DNA of 64,000 nt from the sequence record NZ_CP069398.1; one strand, given 5' to 3'. This document shows, one piece after another, positions 37,968 to 48,297 of the stretch. The DNA is from a plasmid. The position numbers were made by a program, and so were the translations under genes. Every line of letters begins with the position of its first letter. The stretch's first letter is position 1. The notes beneath the pieces were generated by a model. It was given only the letters and a program-made list of their open reading frames with translations. It did not search any database and had not been told where the DNA came from.

Positions 37968-39125
37968 ATGCTCATTTTTAGACGAAAGGAATGGAGAAAC
38001 ATGCTATCTGTCATGTTTATAAAAAGTGAGGCAAAAGAGTTAAAGCCATTTCAAAAGTTATCGATTCCAGAAGCATGCGAGATAACAGAAACAGTAGAAA
38101 CACAGTATCAACGTACTAGAAAAAAGACTCATGCGGATTTTTTCATCCTTGATGAAGAGGATCATGAGGTATATGCAGGGACGTTATCCATTGGATCAGG
38201 TCTTGCTCGTCATGTAGTCGATCATATCAAGAAAAAGTTAGACAGTTTAAAAATGGACGATATACAGGAAGCTCGAAAGAGAAGTTTTCTTGAACAATTG
38301 GAAAAGGAAGTACCGGACCATCTGAAAATAACAGATGGTTCGTTTTCTTTAGAGGAAGAAACAGAGGATCATGTGCAAACGAGTCAAACACCTGTCCTTT
38401 TTACTCGTAATCGAAGGTTGATTTATGGAGGGGGGATTTTATCCCTTCTTATCCTTTCAGCAACATGTTTTTCAACAGTGGCTACTTCCCAAGATCGAGC
38501 TGAAACCATTCAAGATTTACAAAAGCAAGTCAAACTAGAACAAAAAATAACAGGAACTTATGAAAGAGCGCTCTTAGGGGATTCAAAAGGAGCTTTAAAA
38601 CGACTTTCTTCTATTGATGAACAAAGCCTTACGAAAGAACAAAAAAACGTTTATATGAGCCTTCTCGTCGATCAAAAAAAGTATAAAGAAGCTGTTCAGC
38701 TTCAGGGAAACCATCCAGAAGTAGTGGAAAGCATGATTTCAAAGAAGGGAGATGTCAATGCGTTAAAAGAGTTTCAACAAACGTTTCCTTCTCCAAATGG
38801 AGCATTTGATCTTGCCTATCACGAACAACGATGGGAAGATATGATGCGTCAATCAGGAGTGGAAATGACTGATAAACGTTATGAAATGAAGGCTTATGGA
38901 TACTTGAAGCTTGATAAAGTAAAGGAGGCCAAAGAGGAGGCAGCTCATATCCATAACCAAGACTTGAATCAAAAAATAGAAGCCTATGAGAAAACAAAGA
39001 AGGAGGTAGAAGAGACGAAAAAACAAGTGGAGGAGGAAAAGAAGAAAGATCCAAAAGATGAAAAGAAACTACAATCTTTAACGGATCAGCAGAAGAAACA
39101 AGAAGAACTCCTAAAAAATCTATAA
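37968..39125 (+). CDS. Bitopic membrane protein with a coiled-coil, Lys/Glu-rich C-terminus. Conjugation-associated.
   Basis: One TM (LIYGGGILSLLILSATCFSTVA). The real start may be the internal MLSVMF at 38001. Confidence 0.45.
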   Translation: MLIFRRKEWRNMLSVMFIKSEAKELKPFQKLSIPEACEITETVETQYQRTRKKTHADFFILDEEDHEVYAGTLSIGSGLARHVVDHIKKKLDSLKMDDIQEARKRSFLEQLEKEVPDHLKITDGSFSLEEETEDHVQTSQTPVLFTRNRRLIYGGGILSLLILSATCFSTVATSQDRAETIQDLQKQVKLEQKITGTYERALLGDSKGALKRLSSIDEQSLTKEQKNVYMSLLVDQKKYKEAVQLQGNHPEVVESMISKKGDVNALKEFQQTFPSPNGAFDLAYHEQRWEDMMRQSGVEMTDKRYEMKAYGYLKLDKVKEAKEEAAHIHNQDLNQKIEAYEKTKKEVEETKKQVEEEKKKDPKDEKKLQSLTDQQKKQEELLKNL

Positions 39126-39131
39126 GAAAGG

Positions 39132-39650
39132 ATGAACAGAATGTATACACAAACGAAAGTGAAAAACCAGAAGCAAGCCTTTGTCGTAGGGGTTGAGTAC
39201 TATGAAGAAGACTTATTTTTGGAAATCGAATTAGGCAGCTTTTACACAACACAACTCCATGCCCAACGTATTGCGAACAGTGTTCATAATGTCATTCTTT
39301 TAGAAAATCAGATTGTTATTATCTTTAAAAATGCCGATTCAATCAGTCTTACAGATGATTTTCTGAAATATGCGTTCAAGTTTCGATTATGCACGAAACC
39401 AACGATGCCACCTCTTGATATCTCCAAGCTCACTCAACAAGAAAAAGACGACTTAGTTTGTAATGAAGCCTATATGGTGACAGAAGAGGATATGAAAGAG
39501 GTACAATGGAATATTAACACGGCTTTTCGTTACCTTCAGTATAAGTATGAGGCAAGAGATCGAACCTTCTTTTCCCTTTCATCAAGTGCCTATTATGTCA
39601 TTCCTACTTCTGAAGAGATTGACCAGGAGGGAATGAGAAATGCAACCTAA
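39132..39650 (+). CDS. Hypothetical protein immediately preceding the coupling protein.
   Basis: ORF only. Confidence 0.45.
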   Translation: MNRMYTQTKVKNQKQAFVVGVEYYEEDLFLEIELGSFYTTQLHAQRIANSVHNVILLENQIVIIFKNADSISLTDDFLKYAFKFRLCTKPTMPPLDISKLTQQEKDDLVCNEAYMVTEEDMKEVQWNINTAFRYLQYKYEARDRTFFSLSSSAYYVIPTSEEIDQEGMRNAT

Positions 39651-42222
39651 TAAATCCATCAAATATGTGTTCGCTGAAAAACAAGTACTTATTCCTTTAA
39701 GTGCTTGTTTTTTTGTGTCTATTCTACTCATCTTGAACTTTCTTTTTAACATGATGCTAAACCTTGTTCAAACAACGTTTAGCGATGTATTTGAACCGCA
39801 GCCTTTTCATTTGGACACATCTTTTTTGACAGAGATTCATCTCCAACAGTACTCGCCTTTATATGGAGCGATGTGTTTAGTAGCTGCCTTATTAACAGCA
39901 AAATTCGCTTACAACATTCGATCCAACTTCAAAGATTTAAACCACAATCAAAAAGGGTCGGGGCGCTTTACAACAAGACGTGAACTAAAAAAGCAATATC
40001 GAAAAGTACCTGAAAAAACGACAACGTATCAAGGTGGAGGTGGTGTTCCTGTTTCTCGTATTCAAACCTATGACCTGATTCAAACGTGGAAAGAGTACAA
40101 AGCTTTAAAGGGAATACAGAAGCTTCTCCACACACATCGATTCTTTACGAAGAAAAGCTACATGCTGATTGATGACACACCCGTTAATAATTTGATCATT
40201 GGGATTACACGATCAGGGAAAGGGGAAACGTTTGTTTTTCCAACGATTGATATCTACTCACGAGCTGAAAAACAACCTTCCCTAGTCTGCAATGATCCTA
40301 AGGGGGAGCTGCTCGCAGCTTCTAAAAATACACTAGAGGAAAGAGGGTATCATGTTGAAGTTCTAAACTTACTCAACCCATTAGAATCAATGAGTTATAA
40401 CCTGTTGGAAATGATAAAAGAAACGTATAAAGATGGTGATTACTCAACAGCTCAAGCGTTATGTAATACGTTATCCTATACGCTTTACTACAATCCAAAT
40501 GCGAAAGATCCGTTTTGGCAACAATGTGCCATGAGTTTATGTAACGCTATGATTCTCGCTGTCACAGATAAGTGTATTAAGGAAAAGGAAGAGAATAAAA
40601 TCACGATGTACACGGTGGCGAATATGTTGTCGGAGTTAGGATCGAAAGAGGTTGTCATTAATAAAAAAGGAGATACGCAAAATGCGTTAGATTTGTACTT
40701 TGATGGGCTGCCAACAGAAAGTGTCGCCAAAATGCAGTATGCGACTTCAAATTTCTCAAAAGGCACGACAAGAGGAGGGATCTTCACTCAAACGATGAAT
40801 GGACTATCCATTTTTACATTTGATGAAATCGCAAAAATGACTTCTAAAAACAGTGTCGATTTAAAGCGTGTGGGCTTTGGAAAAACGATAAAAGGAAAAG
40901 CAGCACCTCTTACTCGTTTAGAAATCATCTTTCCAGATGGGCAAACAGAAACGATTAAAACGGATGCCAAAGGGTTATTTGAAGTCAACTTTACAAGTGA
41001 AGTAAAGCAGAATGATGAAATTATATTAACGGAAAAGTTCAATGATAAAATTGTTACTTCATCGAGGCTTGAAACCGTTATATCGATTAATAGGATCACG
41101 AAGGAAACAGGAGCTACGACGTTTACAGTGAAAAGGCAACATCCAAGTATTCATGTAAAGGAAGTGACGTGTTTTACAAAACCTATCTCTATTTTCATGG
41201 TCACACCGGATTATGATTCTAGTAATCACGTTATTGCGTCCATTTTTGTTCGTCAGTTGTATTATATACTTGCCAAAAATGCTTCCTTGGCACGAGGAAA
41301 CAAGTGTCATCGAGAAGTCATTTTTTTACTTGATGAGTTCGGAAATATGCCTGCGATTGAAGGAATGTCCAATATTATCACGGTTTGTTTAGGACGAAAT
41401 ATACGTTTCAACTTAGTGATTCAAGCCTATGCACAATTAAAAAATAAATATGGGGATGATGCTGAAACGATTGAAGGGAACTGTGGGAATACGATTTACA
41501 TCTTAAGCAATAACTATGAAACAGCAAAGACCATTTCGCAAAAATTAGGGGACGGTACCATCAATTCTACCTCTCGAAGTGGGAAAGGGCTATCAACGGA
41601 TAAAAGTAAAACAGAAGGAGTAGATGGAAAGCCTTTATTAACACCCGATGAATTAATGGAACTTAAAGAAGGAGAAAGTGTGGTTGTGCGTGTTGTAAAA
41701 CGTCAAGATAAAGCACGTCAGAGAATTAAAGCACATCCAATTTATAACACTGGAAAAACAGCGTTGAAATACCGTTGGGAATACCTCGGAGAGGACTTTA
41801 ATACGGATCGTTCGATTCTAGATATTGATATTTCGTCTTTACATGAACAAGTCAATCCAAGATCCTTGGTCATTCATAATTTCTTTCCTTTTCAATCACA
41901 AGCTTCATCAGTGGAAATTGAAGAGGAACTAACCGACGATCCGTTTACTTCTCTAACGTATGAGAACTACAAAACTAAGACAGTCAAAGAGTTCTTCGGT
42001 GGAGATAAGAACGTTTCTACTGCTCTAAAAGAACACTTACCAAAAGCGATGAATAAAACGGTGGAAGAGATTGAACAGCAGTCCATGAGTGATTTTGAAG
42101 AGGAATTAACGATGTTAGGAGCTAGCGATCAACTGAATAAAAATGTTCACAAACTTCTTGAAGTGAAAATAACTACCATCATCAAGAAGTTACAACATGA
42201 GATGGAAAAACAAGAAGCTTAA
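39640..42222 (+). CDS. Type IV secretion coupling protein (VirD4/TraG family).
   Basis: N-terminal TM helices. TraG-type Walker A IGITRSGKGETFVFP. Walker B LLDEFGNMP. 860 aa. Confidence 0.8.
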   Translation: MQPNKSIKYVFAEKQVLIPLSACFFVSILLILNFLFNMMLNLVQTTFSDVFEPQPFHLDTSFLTEIHLQQYSPLYGAMCLVAALLTAKFAYNIRSNFKDLNHNQKGSGRFTTRRELKKQYRKVPEKTTTYQGGGGVPVSRIQTYDLIQTWKEYKALKGIQKLLHTHRFFTKKSYMLIDDTPVNNLIIGITRSGKGETFVFPTIDIYSRAEKQPSLVCNDPKGELLAASKNTLEERGYHVEVLNLLNPLESMSYNLLEMIKETYKDGDYSTAQALCNTLSYTLYYNPNAKDPFWQQCAMSLCNAMILAVTDKCIKEKEENKITMYTVANMLSELGSKEVVINKKGDTQNALDLYFDGLPTESVAKMQYATSNFSKGTTRGGIFTQTMNGLSIFTFDEIAKMTSKNSVDLKRVGFGKTIKGKAAPLTRLEIIFPDGQTETIKTDAKGLFEVNFTSEVKQNDEIILTEKFNDKIVTSSRLETVISINRITKETGATTFTVKRQHPSIHVKEVTCFTKPISIFMVTPDYDSSNHVIASIFVRQLYYILAKNASLARGNKCHREVIFLLDEFGNMPAIEGMSNIITVCLGRNIRFNLVIQAYAQLKNKYGDDAETIEGNCGNTIYILSNNYETAKTISQKLGDGTINSTSRSGKGLSTDKSKTEGVDGKPLLTPDELMELKEGESVVVRVVKRQDKARQRIKAHPIYNTGKTALKYRWEYLGEDFNTDRSILDIDISSLHEQVNPRSLVIHNFFPFQSQASSVEIEEELTDDPFTSLTYENYKTKTVKEFFGGDKNVSTALKEHLPKAMNKTVEEIEQQSMSDFEEELTMLGASDQLNKNVHKLLEVKITTIIKKLQHEMEKQEA

Positions 42223-42242
42223 TATCAAAAGGGGGAGAAAGA

Positions 42243-42449
42243 ATGACAAGTATTTCAAAGGAATTAGAGCGTATTTTAGAGGAATATGCACCGATTGTGA
42301 AGGAAGGACATCAGGTGTTAATTGGCTTACTAGATGGCACTATCCACTTGGAAAAAGGGCAGGAAGGAGAAGCACCCGTACAAATACGTGTTTCTCCTCT
42401 GGATGAACGGTTAGAAATAACGGTTGATGCGCTATTTCAAGGCATGTAA
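42243..42449 (+). CDS. Small hypothetical protein (68 aa).
   Basis: ORF with RBS GGGGGAG. Confidence 0.4.
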   Translation: MTSISKELERILEEYAPIVKEGHQVLIGLLDGTIHLEKGQEGEAPVQIRVSPLDERLEITVDALFQGM

Positions 42450-42472
42450 TGCGTGTATAAGGAGATGAGCAG

Positions 42473-45283
42473 ATGAAGGATGAGGAAATTCTTAAAAAGC
42501 TACGTGAGTTTTCAGAGTACTTAGATGTTGGAAATATCGTCACCTATATGTTACGGAAAGTTGGATGGGCGTGTATTCAACTTCTTTCGTTTCTAGTGGA
42601 TGGATTGGAAGGAATTACAGATAGTATTTTAGGAATTAAGACATTTTTTAATTCACCTGAAATCCAAGATTTTATTACCAAGATTCAACCTTTTTTATAT
42701 GTATTACTGGCTTTTTCCTTTTTGTATATTGGCTACATGTTGATTATTCAGAAGAAAGTCAATCGTGAACAAATTATGATTAACATTTTTATTTCGATGG
42801 CAGTCTTACTTTTATTAAACACAAGTATGTTAAAGGCAGATAAATTCACTGACCAAGCCATTGAAGCTGTTGATTTAAATGAAAAAGGTACCGTAAGTGA
42901 AAAGATAATTAAAAGTAACATAACAGATGTAGCGCAATTCGATCTTACGAAATGGAAAAGTCCCAAATTAAAAGAACCAAATAAAGTGCCACAAAAAAAT
43001 ATTATGATGATTGATATTACGGAAAAAATTGATGATAAGTTTAAAGTAAATAAAAAAGATACTCTATCAGATGAAGGCCAAAAAATACTCACAAATAAAG
43101 CAGATATTACACCTGATGGAAAAGAAGGATTAGTTGAATTGAATAATGGATGGTTTGATTTCTTTCCAGAACTCTATTACCGATGGTCATGGAACTTCTG
43201 GACAATTGCGGTTTCCCTTTTTGTTATAGGGATGACGTTGTTATTTACCTCTATTAAATTAGCAAAGTTGTGCTTTGAGCTAGGATTTAACTCCATTTTA
43301 GCCCAAATTGTTGCGCCTGCCGATGTAGCAGATGGGCAGAAGTTAAAAGCCGTTTTAAAAAATATCCTGAATACATTCCTTGTAACGATTATGATCTTTA
43401 TATCTATGAAGGTCTATTTGATGGGAACCGTCTTTATTAGCGATAAGCTAGAAGGTATTCCATACCTGATCGCATTGATCGCCTTTAGTATTGCTGTTGT
43501 AGATGGGCCTGTAATGTGTGAACGTCTCTTTGGCATCGATGCCGGACTCAAAAGTGGTTGGGGCGCTCTGGCAGGAGGTTTTGCGATGGCAAAAGGACTT
43601 GAAAGTAGTATTGGCATGATGGGCAGAACCTTAAAAGGAGGAGCCAATCTTGCAAAGGGTGTTGGTAATGTAGGAAAAGGTCTTGGTAGTGGTGCTCTTC
43701 AGACAGCAGCAGGAGTTGGAGGGCTTGGAAAAGGATTAGCTACACAAGGAAATAAGGAAAAACAACCAGCATTGCATGAAGAAATGAAAAAGGCAGGAAT
43801 GGCAGGTGAGAAAGGAAACGTTGCTTCTAAAGGTCAAAACGCAGGAAATGAGCAGAAAGCTCAACAACAGGGATTATCCTCTACTGAAAAACAAGAGGGG
43901 GGCAAAAATGCTGAAGGAAATTCTTCAGAAGGAAAAGGATCAGGACAAGGTACATCTCTACAAGATGAAATGCAAGCAGCAGGTGTTTCTACTGATAGTC
44001 AGGGATCAACTTCCTCTGTAGAAGGTGGAAATACATCTCTACATGATGAAATGCAGGCTTCTGGTTATGGTGAAAGTGCAACTGAAGGTACTGGATCTTC
44101 CGTAGAGGGTGGAAGTGCTTCTCTACATGATGAAATGCAGGCTTCTGGCTATAGTGAAGGTGCAACTGAAGGTACTGGATCTTCTGTAGAAGGTGGAAGT
44201 GCTTCTCTACATGATGAAATGCAGGCTTCTGGTCAGAGTGGAAGCACAAATGGAGGCAGCTCTTCTGTAGGAAAGGCAAGTGCTTCTCTACATGACGAAA
44301 TGCAGACTTCTGGTCAGAGTGGAAGCACAAATGAAGGCAGCTCTTCTGTAGGAAAGGCAAGTGCTCCTCTTCATGGTGAAATGCAAGCCTCTGGTCAGAG
44401 TGGAAGCACAAATGGAGGCAGCTCTTCTGTAGGAAAGGCAAGTGCTCCTCTTCATGGTGAAATGCAAGCCTCTGGTCAAAGTGGAAGCACAAATGGAGGT
44501 AGCTCTTCTGTAGGAAAGGCAAGTGCTCCTCTTCATGGTGAAATGCAAGCCTCTGGTCAAAGTGGAAGCACAAATGGAGGTAGCTCTTCTGTAGGGAGTG
44601 CAAGTACGCCTGTTCATGAAGAAATTCAAACTTCCGGTTACGGCGGAAGTACAAGTGAAGGCAGCTCTTCTGTAGGAAGTGTGAGCACGCCCGTTTATGA
44701 AGAAATCCAAACTTCCGGTTACGGTGGAAGTACAAGTGAAGGCAGCTCTTCTGTAGGAAGTGTGAGCACGCCTGTTCATGAAGAAATCCAAACTTCCGGT
44801 TACGGTGGAAGTACAAGTGAAGGTAGCTCTTCTGTAGGAAGTGTGAGTACGCCTGTTCGTGAAGAAATTCAAACTTCCGGTTACGGTGGAAGTACAAGCG
44901 AAGGCGGATCTTCTGTAGAAAGTGTAAGCTACCCTACACCAACAAGAGAACCTTCTGTTTCTATGCCGACAGGGATGGATCAAGCACAAGCACAAGTGGC
45001 AGCTACACAGGAACCTCGACAAGGAAAACAACGGATTGAAAAAGACACAGTTCCTACTTCAACAGACGATATTCCAATGCCAGAACAGAACCGGATAGAA
45101 ACACGCAATATTGCACAAGTGGTAAAAGATAACTTTAAGGGAGGGGTAGGAAAGGTAAAAGAACGTATTGATAATTCGCAAACAATCCATAAAACAAAAC
45201 GTTCTTATCAAATTGGACGAAATACAGGGCGAGATTTACGAAACCTTGGATCAAAGAAACGAAATAAACCAGAAGAGAAGTAA
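42473..45283 (+). CDS. Polytopic membrane protein, VirB6/ConG/TcpH-like candidate, with a long repetitive Ser/Gly/Glu-rich C-terminal tail.
   Basis: Multiple TM segments over residues 20-330, then about 11 copies of a 28-aa repeat (SLHDEMQASG..GSSSVGKASAP). Confidence 0.55.
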   Translation: MKDEEILKKLREFSEYLDVGNIVTYMLRKVGWACIQLLSFLVDGLEGITDSILGIKTFFNSPEIQDFITKIQPFLYVLLAFSFLYIGYMLIIQKKVNREQIMINIFISMAVLLLLNTSMLKADKFTDQAIEAVDLNEKGTVSEKIIKSNITDVAQFDLTKWKSPKLKEPNKVPQKNIMMIDITEKIDDKFKVNKKDTLSDEGQKILTNKADITPDGKEGLVELNNGWFDFFPELYYRWSWNFWTIAVSLFVIGMTLLFTSIKLAKLCFELGFNSILAQIVAPADVADGQKLKAVLKNILNTFLVTIMIFISMKVYLMGTVFISDKLEGIPYLIALIAFSIAVVDGPVMCERLFGIDAGLKSGWGALAGGFAMAKGLESSIGMMGRTLKGGANLAKGVGNVGKGLGSGALQTAAGVGGLGKGLATQGNKEKQPALHEEMKKAGMAGEKGNVASKGQNAGNEQKAQQQGLSSTEKQEGGKNAEGNSSEGKGSGQGTSLQDEMQAAGVSTDSQGSTSSVEGGNTSLHDEMQASGYGESATEGTGSSVEGGSASLHDEMQASGYSEGATEGTGSSVEGGSASLHDEMQASGQSGSTNGGSSSVGKASASLHDEMQTSGQSGSTNEGSSSVGKASAPLHGEMQASGQSGSTNGGSSSVGKASAPLHGEMQASGQSGSTNGGSSSVGKASAPLHGEMQASGQSGSTNGGSSSVGSASTPVHEEIQTSGYGGSTSEGSSSVGSVSTPVYEEIQTSGYGGSTSEGSSSVGSVSTPVHEEIQTSGYGGSTSEGSSSVGSVSTPVREEIQTSGYGGSTSEGGSSVESVSYPTPTREPSVSMPTGMDQAQAQVAATQEPRQGKQRIEKDTVPTSTDDIPMPEQNRIETRNIAQVVKDNFKGGVGKVKERIDNSQTIHKTKRSYQIGRNTGRDLRNLGSKKRNKPEEK
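43957..44915 (+). repeat. Tandem minisatellite with an 84-bp period and about 11 copies, encoding the 28-aa repeat of the VirB6-like tail. There are three sub-variants (GYGESATEGTG, GQSGSTNGGSS and GYGGSTSEGSS types).
   Basis: Seen directly. Examples at 44037-44120 and 44121-44204 are near-identical. Confidence 0.85.
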
Positions 45284-45304
45284 CAAGCGTTACTTCTCTT
45301 TTTT

Positions 45305-45613
45305 ATGGGAAGGAGAAGAGTCATGGCAAACTATAACATTCCGAAAGAAATCTCTACGGAATTAAAGATTAATAAATCTCTGTATCTCTTTGATTTGTTG
45401 TTCATTATTGGCTTACTTATGGTCACGATGATGTTACGTTTTTTAATTCATCCTACACTTCAAATTCCCTTTTATATCTTCATGGGCATATTTGGAGTAT
45501 TGATGATCGTTAGACCAAGTACGAACCCTAAAAAACGGATGTATGAGGCGTTATTGCTTACATTGGTACGAAAGAAGAGCACGTATTGTGCCATAGATCG
45601 AGATCAAGAATAA
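45305..45613 (+). CDS. Small two-TM membrane protein, VirB3/ConD-like candidate. The start is probably the internal MANYN at 45323.
   Basis: Topology only. Confidence 0.4.
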   Translation: MGRRRVMANYNIPKEISTELKINKSLYLFDLLFIIGLLMVTMMLRFLIHPTLQIPFYIFMGIFGVLMIVRPSTNPKKRMYEALLLTLVRKKSTYCAIDRDQE

Positions 45614-45628
45614 AGGAGGGTATGATAG

Positions 45629-46342
45629 ATGGCATTATTTGATGAAAGAATCCTAGAAAAAGAGAAACCTATTTCAAAAGAAAAAAAGACAAGTAAATCC
45701 CTTCTCTTTGATGAAAAGGAAATGGATAAACGGATCGCTCAAACAAAGAAAAAGAATCCTTTTTCTCTGTTACAAACTCCAAAGGCTGAAAAGGAAAAAA
45801 AGAAAGAGAAACTACCGGAGGTAAAGAAAAGTGTAGCTGACATTATTCCCATCATCGATCAAACAGATAGTGGGTTATTTCAACTAAAAGATGATGGTGG
45901 CTTTTTTGGGATCTGGCAGCTTCAAAGTACAGATATCAATGCCATGCATGACCAAGAGGCAGGACGCAATATTTATACGCTGGCCAAAACGTACCAGGGT
46001 GATAAAGATCCGTTTAAAATTATCTCATTAAACTTGCCTGTTTCGACACAAAAGCAACAACAGTATCTTGAAAAGAAGATTCGAGAGGCAAACAATGCGT
46101 TATCCCTTCGGTTCTTACGAAAGAAATTAAAAGAACTTCAATATTTAGAATGGGGGCGAACCAATCGAGAATACTTTCTTTTTCTATATGGACCGACTGA
46201 ACTTGCTGTAAAAGAGCGAAAAGATCAATTTATGCGAGATGTTCAACTGGCTGTCCCTCTGTTACCTGTTTCGGATGAAAAACAAATTAATCTTCTTTAT
46301 AAACTCTACAATCAAAACGCCAAGCTTGGCAATAAACAATAA
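45629..46342 (+). CDS. Hypothetical conjugation-associated protein (237 aa, Lys-rich N-terminus).
   Basis: ORF with an RBS. Confidence 0.45.
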   Translation: MALFDERILEKEKPISKEKKTSKSLLFDEKEMDKRIAQTKKKNPFSLLQTPKAEKEKKKEKLPEVKKSVADIIPIIDQTDSGLFQLKDDGGFFGIWQLQSTDINAMHDQEAGRNIYTLAKTYQGDKDPFKIISLNLPVSTQKQQQYLEKKIREANNALSLRFLRKKLKELQYLEWGRTNREYFLFLYGPTELAVKERKDQFMRDVQLAVPLLPVSDEKQINLLYKLYNQNAKLGNKQ

Positions 46343-46359
46343 GAAAGGATGATAAAACC

Positions 46360-48294
46360 ATGATAACTTTACCTTTTCGTAAAAAAGAGAAAACACCTCA
46401 AGAGATCAAGCAGAAAAAAGGATATAATCCCTATTTTGTGGCACAGATTCAACCACAAGGGGGCGTGAGCTTTAAAGAAAACCTTGTTCGAAATGGCGAT
46501 GGGTATTCGACGTGTATTCATATTTATGAGTACCCAACGAACGTGAATGATTTTTGGTTGGAACCGATTATGAACATGCCAAATGCCATTACTACCTTAG
46601 ATGTGGTAAGTGATGAGCGTAAACAAGTCGTCGAAGCGATCAATAAAAATATGTCGGAACAAAACGCACGGCATGTGAATGCCAAAGAAAACATTGATCG
46701 TATGGATGCACAAGAACAGTATTTAGATATGAAAGAGTTATACCGTCAAGTCACAAATGGAGAAGTGATCAAAAGGATACACCTTCGCATTTATATTGCA
46801 GAAAAAACGATTCCTGACTTAGAAAAGCGATTAAAAGAAGTCATTCATCACCTTGAAACGCATAACTTCAGAGGATCCATTTTCTTAAATGAACAAGAGT
46901 ATGAGTGGGAATCGTTAGTGACGCACTTTGACATACAAAAGAAGTATCCCAATAAGCGAAAAGGAAAGGAAATCCCCGCATTAGCACTAGCCGGAGGGTT
47001 TCCTTTTCATTTTACTCACTTAGATGATCCATACGGTACGTATCAAGGGACAACTCGTACAGGTGGCAGCGTCATCTTTGATTTGTTTCACAAAGACCAA
47101 CAACGTAAAAGTTATAATGCGGTGTTGATGGGCTTAATGGGCGCAGGTAAATCCACATTTTTAAAGAAAGTCACCACAGATAATGCGATTAAAGGCTATA
47201 AGATTCGAGGATTCGATATTGTAGGAGAGTTTGAAAGTCTCGTCAGAGAATTAGGAGGGAAACAGATTGCCTTAGATGGATCGGAAGGGCAAATTAATCC
47301 TTTACAGGTATTTAAAACACATGAGCACGAAATAAACAGTTTTACGCAGCACCTATCCAAACTAACCGTTTTTTATCGCTTTATTGCACCAGAAGCAAAA
47401 GATGATGAATTAAAAGAGTATGAAAAGCTACTTCGTAAACTCTATATTCAAAAGCAGTTATGGAACGATGAAAAAGGCGCAAGCAGTCACATCACAGGGT
47501 TTTCACCAGAAGCCTATCCAACGTTTAGTGAGTTTCTACACCTCATTCGAAAAGAGTTATATACCGATGAGGAAACAAGAGAACACCATCCGAACTTAGG
47601 AGAGTACCGGAAGCGTAGACTTGAGCTAATCGAGCTGAACATTGAAAACTTGGTTGAAACATACGCTCATTTGTTTGATGGAATTTCTACCATTGAAGAT
47701 TTCAACGATGAACAAGTCGTATTTTTCTCTATCCGTCATTTATCAAAATTAAAAGATGAAATTGCACAAGCACAGCTTTTCAACGTCATGAGTTTATTAT
47801 GGGATGGCATGCTGCAGAATGGAGAACCACAATTGGCAGCCTATACGAAAGGGACATTATCCTTTGAAGATGCCATTCGTTATTTGATTGTCATCGACGA
47901 GGCGCACCACATTGTGAACACGAAAAAGGGCAATGAACATGCCTTAGATTTCTTAACAGAGTTTAGTCGAGAAGCTCGAAAATACTTTGCAGGCTTAATC
48001 TACGCAAGTCATTTAATCAGTGACTTTGTGCCAGATGGTTCTGAACAAACGGCGATTGAAAAAATTAAAAAGCTTTTTGACTTAACACAATATAAATTCA
48101 TCATGCAGCAGGATGATAACAACTTAGACACGATTCAACGAGTGTTTAAAACAGGGATTACGGACAGCGAATTGGCTGAAATTCCGAAGCTGCCAATTGG
48201 GGATGTGCTGCTTTGTATTAAGTCCGTAAAAAACATTTTGTTTCATATTGAAATCGATGAGGAAGAAAAAGTGCTGTACGGTGGAGGTGCATAA
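46360..48294 (+). CDS. VirB4-family T4SS ATPase (ConE/TcpF-like).
   Basis: Walker A GLMGAGKST and Walker B LIVIDEAHH. 644 aa. Confidence 0.85.
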   Translation: MITLPFRKKEKTPQEIKQKKGYNPYFVAQIQPQGGVSFKENLVRNGDGYSTCIHIYEYPTNVNDFWLEPIMNMPNAITTLDVVSDERKQVVEAINKNMSEQNARHVNAKENIDRMDAQEQYLDMKELYRQVTNGEVIKRIHLRIYIAEKTIPDLEKRLKEVIHHLETHNFRGSIFLNEQEYEWESLVTHFDIQKKYPNKRKGKEIPALALAGGFPFHFTHLDDPYGTYQGTTRTGGSVIFDLFHKDQQRKSYNAVLMGLMGAGKSTFLKKVTTDNAIKGYKIRGFDIVGEFESLVRELGGKQIALDGSEGQINPLQVFKTHEHEINSFTQHLSKLTVFYRFIAPEAKDDELKEYEKLLRKLYIQKQLWNDEKGASSHITGFSPEAYPTFSEFLHLIRKELYTDEETREHHPNLGEYRKRRLELIELNIENLVETYAHLFDGISTIEDFNDEQVVFFSIRHLSKLKDEIAQAQLFNVMSLLWDGMLQNGEPQLAAYTKGTLSFEDAIRYLIVIDEAHHIVNTKKGNEHALDFLTEFSREARKYFAGLIYASHLISDFVPDGSEQTAIEKIKKLFDLTQYKFIMQQDDNNLDTIQRVFKTGITDSELAEIPKLPIGDVLLCIKSVKNILFHIEIDEEEKVLYGGGA

Positions 48295-48297
48295 GCT

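Noticed and set aside
38755-41310. Minus-strand ORFs 38755..39252, 40488..40787, 40788..41099 and 41059..41310.
   Set aside because: They are antisense to the membrane-anchored conjugation protein and the coupling-protein gene. They are low-complexity Ser/Leu/Phe-rich translations without RBS.
43989-45031. Two long minus-strand ORFs (43989..44897, 302 aa and 44288..45031, 247 aa), His/Cys-rich with repetitive sequence.
   Set aside because: They are antisense reading frames through the 84-bp tandem repeat of the VirB6-like gene. Periodicity keeps frames open by chance, and there is no RBS or independent support.
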